Part shown: one piece after another, positions 51,801 to 64,000 of the stretch | Numbering within the stretch: position 1 is the first letter of the stretch | Layout of the letters: every line of letters begins with the position of its first letter | NCBI GenBank assembly: GCA_964016885.1 | Contig: OZ024743.1 | Coordinates: 90,086,001-90,150,000 of the forward strand | Direction of reading: 5' to 3' | DNA: 64,000 bases | DNA from: Eledone cirrhosa | Lineage: Eukaryota | The notes under the pieces: model-generated | The model's database searches: none | What the model was told of the DNA's origin: nothing | The model's input: the letters and a program-made list of their open reading frames with translations, nothing else | Translations under genes and position numbers: made by a program

Positions 51801-54800
51801 ACTCCACCCTTCACACCACTTATGACCTTACAATTGCCAGCTAAACACTCTAACCACTCCACCCTTCACACCACTCATGACCTTACAATTGCCAGCCAAA
51901 CACTCTAACCACTCCACCCTTCACACCACTCATGACCTTACAATTGCCAGCCAAACACTCTAACCACTCCACCCTTCACACCACTTATGACCTTACAATT
52001 GACAGCTAAACACTCTAACCACTCCACCCTTCACACCACTTATGACCTTACAATTGCCAGCCAAACACTCTAACCACTCCACCCTTCACACCACTTATGA
52101 CCTTACAATTGCCAGCTAAACACTCTAACCACTCCACCCTTCACACCACTTATGACCTTACAATTGCCAGCCAAACACTCTAACCACTCCACCCTTCACA
52201 TCACTCATGACCTTACAATTGCCAGCCAAACACTCTAACCACTCCACCCTTCACACCACTTATGACCTAACAATTGCCAGCCAAACACTCTAACCACTCC
52301 ACCCTTCACACCACTTATGACCTTACAATTGCCAGCTAAACACTCTAACCACTCCACCCTTCACACCACTCATGACCTTACAATTGCCAGCCAAACACTC
52401 TAACCACTCCACCCTTCACACCACTCATGACCTTACAATTGCCAGCCAAACACTCTAACCACTCCACCCTTCACACCACTTATGACCTTACAATTGACAG
52501 CTAAACACTCTAACCACTCCACCCTTCACACCACTTATGACCTTACAATTGCCAGCCAAACACTCTAACCACTCCACCCTTCACACCACTTATGACCTTA
52601 CAATTGCCAGCTAAACACTCTAACCACTCCACCCTTCACACCACTTATGACCTTACAATTGCCAGCCAAACACTCTAACCACTCCACCCTTCACATCACT
52701 CATGACCTTACAATTGCCAGCCAAACACTCTAACCACTCCACCCTTCACACCACTTATGACCTAACAATTGCCAGCCAAACACTCTAACCACTCCACCCT
52801 TCACACCACTTATGACCTTACAATTGCCAGCCAAACACTCTAACCACTCCACCCTTCACACCACTTATGACATTACAATTGCCAGCTAAACACTCTAACC
52901 ACTCTACCCTTCACACCACTCATGACCTTACAATTGTCAGCCAAACACTCTAACCACTCCACCCTTCACACCACTTATGACATTACAATTGCCAGCTAAA
53001 CACTCTAACCACTCTACCCTTCACACCACTCATGACCTTACAATTGTCAGCCAAACACTCTAACCACTCCACCCTTCACACCACTTATGACATTACAATT
53101 GCCAGCTAAACACTCTAACCACTCTACCCTTCACACCACTCATGACCTTACAATTGTCAGCCAAACACTCTAACCACTCCACCCTTCACACCACTTATGA
53201 CCTTACAATTGCCAGCTAAACACTCTAACCACTCCACCCTTCACACCACTTATGACCTTACAATTGCCAGCTAAACACTCTAACCACTCCACCCTTCACA
53301 CCACTCATGACCTTACGATTGCCAGCTAAACACTCTAACCACTCTACCCTTCACACCACTCATGACCTTACAATTGCCAGCTAAACACTCTAACCCCTCC
53401 ACCCTTCACACCACTTATGACCTTACAATTGCCAGCCAAACACTCTAACCACTCCACCCTTCACACCACTCATGACCTTACAATTGCCAGCCAAACACTC
53501 TAACCACTCCACCCTTCACGCCACTCATGACCTTACAATTGCCAGCTAAACACTCTAACCACTCCACCCTTCACACCACTCATGACCTTACAATTGCCAG
53601 CTAAACACTCTAACCACTCCACCCTTCACACCACTCATGACCTTACAATTGCCAGCCAAACACTCTAACCACTCCACCCATCACACCACTTATGACCTTA
53701 CAATTGCCAGCCAAACACTCTAACCACTCCACCCTTCACACCACTTATGACCTTACAATTGCCAGCCAAACACTCTAACCACTCCACCCTTCACACCACT
53801 TATGACCTTACAATTGCCAGCTAAACACTCTAACCACTCCACCCTTCACACCACTCATGACCTTACAATTGCCAGCTAAACACTCTAACCACTCCACCCT
53901 TCACACCACTTATGACCTTACAATTGCCAGCTAAACACTCTAACCACTCCACCCTTCACACCACTTATGACCTTACAATTGCCAGCTAAACACTCTAACC
54001 ACTCCACCCTTCACATCACTCATGACCTTACAATTGCCAGCTAAACACTCTAACCACTCCACCCTTCACACCACTTATGACCTTACAATTGCCAGCTAAA
54101 CACTCTAACCACTCCACCCTTCACACCACTTATGACCTTACAATTGCCAGCTAAACACTCTAACCACTCCAACCTTCACATCACTTATGACCTTACAATT
54201 GCCAGCTAAACACTCTAACCACTCCACCCTTCACACCACTTATGACCTTACAATTGCCAGCTAAACACTCTAACCACTCCACCCTTCACACCACTCATGA
54301 CCTTACAATTGCCAGCTAAACACTCTAACCACTCCACCCTTCACACCACTTATGACCTTACAATTGCCAGCTAAACACTCTAACCACTCCACCCTTCACA
54401 CCACTCATGACTTACAATTGCCAGCTAAACACTCTAACCATTCTACCCTCCACACCACTTATGACCTTACAATTGCCAGCTAAACACTCTAACCACTCTA
54501 CCCTCCACACCACTTATGACCTTACAATTGCCAGCTAAACACTCTAACCACTCCACCCTTCACACCACTCATGACCTTACAATTGCCAGCTAAACACTCT
54601 AACCACTCCACCCTTCACACCACTTATGACCTTACAATTGCCAGCTAAACACTCTAACCACTCCACCCTTCACACCACTCATGACCTTACGATTGTCAGC
54701 CAAACACTCTAACCACTCCACCCTTCACACCACTTATGACCTTACAATTGCCAGCTAAACACTCTAACCACTCCACCCTTCACACCACTCATGACCTTAC

Positions 54801-57800
54801 AATTGCCAGCTAAACACTCTAACCACTCCACCCTTCACACCACTTATGACCTTACAATTGCCAGCTAAACACTCTAACCACTCCACCCTTCACACCACTT
54901 ATGACCTTACAATTGCCAGCTAAACACTCTAACCACTCCACCCTTCACACCACTCATGACCTTACAATTGCCAGCTAAACACTCTAACCACTCCAACCTT
55001 CACACCACTTATGACCTTACAATTCCCAGCTAAACACTCTAACCACTCCACCCTTCACACCACTTATGACCTTACAATTGCCAGCTAAACACTCTAACCA
55101 CTCCACCCTTCACACCACTCATGACCTTACAATTGCCAGCTAAACACTCTAACCACTCCACCCTTCACACCAGTTATGACCTTACAATTGCCAGCTAAAC
55201 ATTCTAACCACTCCACCCTTCACACCACTCATGACTTACAATTGCCAGCTAAACACTCTAACCACTCTACCCTCCACACCACTTATGACCTTACAATTGC
55301 CAGCTAAACACTCTAACCACTCCACCCTTCACACCACTCATGACCTTACAATTGCCAGCTAAACACTCTAACCACTCCACCCTTCACACCACTTATGACC
55401 TTACAATTGCCAGCTAAACACTCTAACCACTCCACCCTTCACACCACTTATGACCTTACAATTGCCAGCTAAACACTCTAACCACTCCACCCTTCACACC
55501 ACTCATGACCTTACAATTGCCAGCTAAACACTCTAACCACTCCACCCTTCACACCACTTATGACCTTACAATTGCCAGCTAAACACTCTAACCACTCCAC
55601 CCTTCACACCACTTATGACCTTACAATTGCCAGCTAAACACTCTAACCACTCCACCCTTCACATCACTCATGACCTTACAATTGCCAGCTAAACACTCTA
55701 ACCACTCCACCCTTCACACCACTTATGACCTTACAATTGCCAGCTAAACACTCTAACCACTCCACCCTTCACACCACTTATGACCTTACAATTGCCAGCT
55801 AAACACTCTAACCACTCCAACCTTCACATCACTTATGACCTTACAATTGCCAGCTAAACACTCTAACCACTCCACCCTTCACACCACTTATGACCTTACA
55901 ATTGCCAGCTAAACACTCTAACCACTCCACCCTTCACACCACTCATGACCTTACAATTGCCAGCTAAACACTCTAACCACTCCACCCTTCACACCACTTA
56001 TGACCTTACAATTGCCAGCTAAACACTCTAACCACTCCACCCTTCACACCACTCATGACTTACAATTGCCAGCTAAACACTCTAACCATTCTACCCTCCA
56101 CACCACTTATGACCTTACAATTGCCAGCTAAACACTCTAACCACTCTACCCTCCACACCACTTATGACCTTACAATTGCCAGCTAAACACTCTAACCACT
56201 CCACCCTTCACACCACTCATGACCTTACAATTGCCAGCTAAACACTCTAACCACTCCACCCTTCACACCACTTATGACCTTACAATTGCCAGCTAAACAC
56301 TCTAACCACTCCACCCTTCACACCACTCATGACCTTACGATTGTCAGCCAAACACTCTAACCACTCCACCCTTCACACCACTTATGACCTTACAATTGCC
56401 AGCTAAACACTCTAACCACTCCACCCTTCACACCACTCATGACCTTACAATTGCCAGCTAAACACTCTAACCACTCCACCCTTCACACCACTTATGACCT
56501 TACAATTGCCAGCTAAACACTCTAACCACTCCACCCTTCACACCACTTATGACCTTACAATTGCCAGCTAAACACTCTAACCACTCCACCCTTCACACCA
56601 CTCATGACCTTACAATTGCCAGCTAAACACTCTAACCACTCCAACCTTCACACCACTTATGACCTTACAATTCCCAGCTAAACACTCTAACCACTCCACC
56701 CTTCACACCACTTATGACCTTACAATTGCCAGCTAAACACTCTAACCACTCCACCCTTCACACCACTCATGACCTTACAATTGCCAGCTAAACACTCTAA
56801 CCACTCCACCCTTCACACCAGTTATGACCTTACAATTGCCAGCTAAACATTCTAACCACTCCACCCTTCACACCACTCATGACTTACAATTGCCAGCTAA
56901 ACACTCTAACCACTCTACCCTCCACACCACTTATGACCTTACAATTGCCAGCTAAACACTCTAACCACTCTACCCTTCATACCACTTATGACCTTACAAT
57001 TGCCAGCTAAACACTCTAACCACTCCACCCTTCACACCACTTATGACCTTACAATTGCCAGCCAAACACTCTAACCACTCCACCCTTCACACCACTTATG
57101 ACCTTACAATTGCCAGCCAAACACTGTAACCACTCCACCCTTCACACCACTTATGACCTTACAATTGCCAGCTAAACACTCTAACCCCTCCACCCTTCAC
57201 ACCACTTATGACCTTACAATTGCCAGCTAAACACTCTAACCACTCCACCCTTCACACCACTTATGACCTTCAATTGCCACCCAAACACTCTAACCACTCC
57301 ACCCTTCACACCACTCATGACCTTACAATTGCCAGCCAAACACTCTAACCACTCCACCCTTCACACCACTCATGACCTTACAATTGCCAGCCAAACACTC
57401 TAACCACTCCAGCCTTCACACCACTCATGACCTTACAATTGCCAGCCAAACACTCTAACCACTCCACCCTTCACACCACTTATGACCTTACAATTGCCAG
57501 CCAAACACTCTAACCACTCCACCCTTCACATCACTCATGACCTTACAATTGTCAGCCAAACACTCTAACCACTCCACCCTTCACACTACTTATGACCTTA
57601 CAATTGCCAGCCAAACACTCTAACCACTCCACCCTTCACACCACATATGACCTTACAATTGCCAGCCAAACACTCTAACCACTCCACCCTTCACACCACT
57701 TATGACATTACAATTGCCAGCTAAACACTCTAACCACTCCACCCTTCACACCACTTATGACCTTACAATTGCCAGCCAAACACTCTAACCACTCCACCCT

Positions 57801-60800
57801 TCACATCACTCATGACCTTACAATTGTCAGCCAAACACTCTAACCACTCCACTCTTCACACCACTCATGACCTTACAATTGCCAGCCAAACAATCTAACC
57901 ACTCTACCCTTCACACCACTTATGACCTTACAATTGCCAGCCAAACACTCTAACCACTCCACCCTTCACACCACTCATGACCTTACAATTGCCAGCTAAA
58001 CACTCTAACCACTCCACCATTCACACCACTTATGACCTTACAATTGCCAGCTAAACACTCTAACCACTCCACCCTTCACACCACTTATGACCTTACAATT
58101 GCCAGCTAAACACTCTAACCACTCCACCCTTCACACCACTTATGACCTTACAATTGCCAGCCAAACCTCTAACCACTCCACCCTTCACACCACTCATGAC
58201 CTTACAATTGCCAGCAAAACACTCTAACCACTCCAACCTTCACACCACTCATGACCTTACAATTGCCAGCTAAACACTCTAACCACTCCACCCTTCACAC
58301 CACTTATGACCTTACAATTGCCAGCTAAACACTCTAACCACTCCACCCTTCACACCACACATGACCTTACAATTGCCAGCCAAACACTCTAACCACTCCA
58401 CCCTTCACACCACTTATGACCTTACAATTGCCAGCCAAACCTCTAACCACTCCACCCTTCACACCACTCATGACCTTACAATTGCCAGCAAAACACTCTA
58501 ACCACTCCACCCTTCACACCACTCATGACCTTACAATTGCCAGCTAAACACTCTAACCACTCCACCCTTCACACCACTTATGACCTTACAATTGCCAGCC
58601 AAACCTCTAACCACTCCACCCTTCACACCACTCATGACCTTACAATTGCCAGCAAAACACTCTAACCACTCCACCCTTCACACCACTCATGACCTTACAA
58701 TTGCCAGCTAAACACTCTAACCACTCAATCCTTCACACCACTTATGACCTTACAATTGCCAGCTAAACACTCTAACCACTCCACCCTTCACACCACTCAT
58801 GACCTTACAATTGCCAGCTAAACACTCTAACCACTCCACCCTTCACACCACTTATGACCTTACAATTGCCAGCCAAACCTCTAACCACTCCACCCTTCAC
58901 ACCACTCATGACCTTACAATTGCCAGCCAAACACTCTAACCACTCCACCCTTCACACCACTCATGACCTTACAATTGCCAGCAAAACACTCTAACCACTC
59001 CACCCTTCACACCACACATGACCTTACAATTGCCAGCCAAACACTCTAACCACTCCACCCTTCACACCACTTATGACCTTACAATTGCCAGCCAAACCTC
59101 TAACCACTCCACCCTTCACACCACTCATGACCTTACAATTGCCAGCCAAACACTCTAACCACTCCACCCTTCACACCACTCATGACCTTACAATTGCCAG
59201 CCAAACACTCTAACCACTCCACCCTTCACACCACTTATGACCTTACAATTGCCAGCCAAACACTCTAACCACTCCACCCTTCACACCACTTATGACCTTA
59301 CAATTGCCAGCTAAACACTCTAACCACTCCACCCTTCACACCACTTATGACCTTACAATTGCCAGCCAAACACTCTAACCACTCCACCCTTCACATCACT
59401 CATGACCTTACAATTGCCAGCCAAGCACTCTAACCACTCCACCCTTCACACCACTTATGACCTTACAATTGCCAGCCAAACACTCTAACCACTCCACCCT
59501 TCACATCACTCATGACCTTACAATTGCCAGCCAAACACTCTAACCACTCCACCCTTCACACCACTTATGACCTTACAATTGCAGGCTAAACACTCTAACC
59601 ACTCCACCCTTCACACCACTTATGACCTTAAAATTGCCAGCTAAACACTCTAACCACTCCACCCTTCACACCACTTATGACCTTACAATTGCCAGCTAAA
59701 CACTCTAACCACTCCACCCTTCACACCACTCATGACCTTACAATTGCCAGCCAAACACTCTAACCACTCCACCCTTCACACCACTCATGACCTTACAATT
59801 GCCAGCTAAACACTCTAACCACTCCACCCTTCACACCACTTATGACCTTACAATTGCCAGCCAAACACTCTAACCACTCCACCCTTCACATCACTCATGA
59901 CCTTACAATTGCCAGCCAAACACTCTAACCACTCCACCCTTCACACCACTTATGACCTAACAATTGCCAGCCAAACACTCTAACCACTCCACCCTTCACA
60001 CCACTTATGACCTTACAATTGCCAGCTAAACACTCTAACCACTCCACCCTTCACACCACTCATGACCTTACAATTGCCAGCCAAACACTCTAACCACTCC
60101 ACCCTTCACACCACTCATGACCTTACAATTGCCAGCCAAACACTCTAACCACTCCACCCTTCACACCACTTATGACCTTACAATTGACAGCTAAACACTC
60201 TAACCACTCCACCCTTCACACCACTTATGACCTTACAATTGCCAGCCAAACACTCTAACCACTCCACCCTTCACACCACTTATGACCTTACAATTGCCAG
60301 CTAAACACTCTAAGCACTCCACCCTTCACACCACTTATGACCTTACAATTGCCAGCCAAACACTCTAACCACTCCACCCTTCACATCACTCATGACCTTA
60401 CAATTGCCAGCCAAACACTCTAACCACTCCACCCTTCACACCACTTATGACCTAACAATTGCCAGCCAAACACTCTAACCACTCCACCCTTCACACCACT
60501 TATGACCTTACAATTGCCAGCCAAACACTCTAACCACTCCACCCTTCACACCACTTATGACATTACAATTGCCAGCTAAACACTCTAACCACTCTACCCT
60601 TCACACCACTCATGACCTTACAATTGTCAGCCAAACACTCTAACCACTCCACCCTTCACACCACTTATGACATTACAATTGCCAGCTAAACACTCTAACC
60701 ACTCTACCCTTCACACCACTCATGACCTTACAATTGTCAGCCAAACACTCTAACCACTCCACCCTTCACACCACTCATGACCTTACGATTGCCAGCTAAA

Positions 60801-63800
60801 CACTCTAACCACTCTACCCTTCACACCACTCATGACCTTACAATTGCCAGCTAAACACTCTAACCCCTCCACCCTTCACACCACTTATGACCTTACAATT
60901 GCCAGCCAAACACTCTAACCACTCCACCCTTCACACCACTCATGACCTTACAATTGCCAGCCAAACACTCTAACCACTCCACCCTTCACACCACTCATGA
61001 CCTTACAATTGCCAGCTAAACACTCTAACCACTCCACCCTTCACACCACTCATGACCTTACAATTGCCAGCTAAACACTCTAACCACTCCACCCTTCACA
61101 CCACTCATGACCTTACAATTGCCAGCCAAACACTCTAACCACTCCACCCATCACACCACTTATGACCTTACAATTGCCAGCCAAACACTCTAACCACTCC
61201 ACCCTTCACACCACTTATGACCTTACAATTGCCAGCCAAACACTCTAACCACTCCACCCTTCACACCACTTATGACCTTACAATTGCCAGCTAAACACTC
61301 TAACCACTCCACCCTTCACACCACTCATGACCTTACAATTGCCAGCTAAACACTCTAACCACTCCACCCTTCACACCACTTATGACCTTACAATTGCCAG
61401 CTAAACACTCTAACCACTCCACCCTTCACACCACTTATGACCTTACAATTGCCAGCTAAACACTCTAACCACTCCACCCTTCACACCACTCATGACCTTA
61501 CAATTGCCAGCCAAACACTCTAACCACTCCACCCATCACACCACTTATGACCTTACAATTGCCAGCCAAACACTCTAACCACTCCACCCTTCACACCACT
61601 TATGACCTTACAATTGCCAGCCAAACACTCTAACCACTCCACCCTTCACACCACTTATGACCTTACAATTGCCAGCTAAACACTCTAACCACTCCACCCT
61701 TCACACCACTCATGACCTTACAATTGCCAGCTAAACACTCTAACCACTCCACCCTTCACACCACTTATGACCTTACAATTGCCAGCTAAACACTCTAACC
61801 ACTCCACCCTTCACACCACTTATGACCTTACAATTGCCAGCTAAACACTCTAACCACTCCACCCTTCACACCACTCATGACCTTACAATTGCCAGCTAAA
61901 CACTCTAACCACTCCAACCTTCACACCACTTATGACCTTACAATTGCCAGCTAAACACTCTAACCACTCCACCCTTCACACCACTTATGACCTTACAATT
62001 GCCAGCTAAACACTCTAACCACTCCACCCTTCACACCACTCATGACCTTACAATTGCCAGCTAAACACTCTAACCACTCCACCCTTCACACCACTTATGA
62101 CCTTACAATTGCCAGCTAAACATTCTAACCACTCCACCCTTCACACCACTCATGACTTACAATTGCCAGCTAAACACTCTAACCATTCTACCCTCCACAC
62201 CACTTATGACCTTACAATTGCCAGCTAAACACTCTAACCACTCTACCCTCCACACCACTTATGACCTTACAATTGCCAGCTAAACACTCTAACCACTCCA
62301 CCCTTCACACCACTCATGACCTTACAATTGCCAGCTAAACACTCTAACCACTCCACCCTTCACACCACTTATGACCTTACAATTGCCAGCTAAACACTCT
62401 AACCACTCCACTCATGACCTTACAATTGTCAGCCAAACACTCTAACCACTCCACCCTTCACACCACTTATGACCTTACAATTGCCAGCTAAACACTCTAA
62501 CCACTCCACCCTTCACACCACTCATGACCTTACAATTGCCAGCTAAACACTCTAACCACTCCACCCTTCACACCACTTATGATCTTACAATTGCCAGCTA
62601 AACACTCTAACCACTCCACCCTTCACACCACTTATGACCTTACAATTGCCAGCTAAACACTCTAACCACTCCACCCTTCACACCACTCATGACCTTACAA
62701 TTGCCAGCTAAACACTCTAACCACTCCAACCTTCACACCACTTATGACCTTACAATTGCCAGCTAAACACTCTAACCACTCCACCCTTCACACCACTTAT
62801 GACCTTACAATTGCCAGCTAAACACTCTAACCACTCCACCCTTCACACCACTCATGACCTTACAATTGCCAGCTAAACACTCTAACCACTCCACCCTTCA
62901 CACCAGTTATGACCTTACAATTGCCAGCTAAACATTCTAACCACTCCACCCTTCACACCACTCATGACTTACAATTGCCAGCTAAACACTCTAACCACTC
63001 TACCCTCCACACCACTTATGACCTTACAATTGCCAGCTAAACACTCTAACCACTCTACCCTTCACACCACTTATGACCTTACAATTGCCAGCTAAACACT
63101 CTAACCACTCCACCCTTCACACCACTTATGACCTTACAATTGCCAGCCAAACACTCTAACCACTCCACCCTTCACACCACTTATGACCTTACAATTGCCA
63201 GCCAAACACTGTAACCACTCCACCCTTCACACCACTTATGACCTTACAATTGCCAGCTAAACACTCTAACCCCTCCACCCTTCACACCACTTATGACCTT
63301 ACAATTGCCAGCTAAACACTCTAACCACTCCACCCTTCACACCACTTATGACCTTCAATTGCCAGCCAAACACTCTAACCACTCCACCCTTCACACCACT
63401 CATGACCTTACAATTGCCAGCCAAACACTCTAACCACTCCACCCTTCACACCACTCATGACCTTACAATTGCCAGCCAAACACTCTAACCACTCCACCCT
63501 TCACACCACTCATGACCTTACAATTGCCAGCCAAACACTCTAACCACTCCACCCTTCACACCACTTATGACCTTACAATTGCCAGCCAAACACTCTAACC
63601 ACTCCACCCTTCACACCACTTATGACCTTACAATTGTCAGCCAAACACTCTAACCACTCCACCCTTCACACCACTTATGACCTTACAATTGTCAGCCAAA
63701 CACTCTAACCACTCCACCCTTCACACCACTTATGACCTTACAATTGCCAGCTAAACACTCTAACCACTCCACCCTTCACACCACTTATGACCTTACAATT

Positions 63801-64000
63801 GTCAGCCAAACACTCTAACCACTCCACCCTTCACACCACTTATGACCTTACAATTGCCAGCCAAACACTCTAACCACTCCACCCTTCACACCACTTATGA
63901 CCTTACAATTGTCAGCCAAACACTCTAACCACTCCACCCTTCACACTACTTATGACCTTACAATTGCCAGCCAAACACTCTAACCACTCCACCCTTCACA
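30808..64000. repeat. 55-bp tandem satellite, about 600 copies, running off the window end
   Basis: Monomer act(t/c)atgaccttacaattgccagc(t/c)aaacactctaaccactccacccttcacacc; highly homogeneous, with kb-scale internal duplications. Confidence 0.99.

Noticed and set aside
30808-64000. Telomere-like TAACC/TAACCC motif in the 55-mer
   Set aside because: It occurs once per monomer and is explained by the tRNA D-loop GGTTAG of the parent SINE.

Overview
Repeat-saturated animal genomic DNA; the SINE/LINE/microsatellite landscape looks like an octopus genome (inference). The only host gene I can support is three consecutive, phase-compatible minus-strand exons (19041-18896, 16666-16459, 14264-14135) of an anoctamin/TMEM16 gene. 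They cover the TM5-6 loop to TM8, and the Ca2+-binding site is unusually altered. Everything else appears to be intron: a 43-bp satellite (1.7-5.3 kb), a pentamer-based satellite (10.2-14.0 kb), several minisatellites, tRNA-headed SINEs, RTE and CR1 LINE fragments and MITEs. There is also a ~470-bp palindrome carrying two Penelope-type minimal hammerhead motifs, a family of hairpin-capped (TA)n-targeting elements, and a >33-kb array of a 55-bp monomer that grows directly out of the tRNA-like head of an adjacent SINE. Almost all long ORFs in the supplied track are artefacts of repeats.
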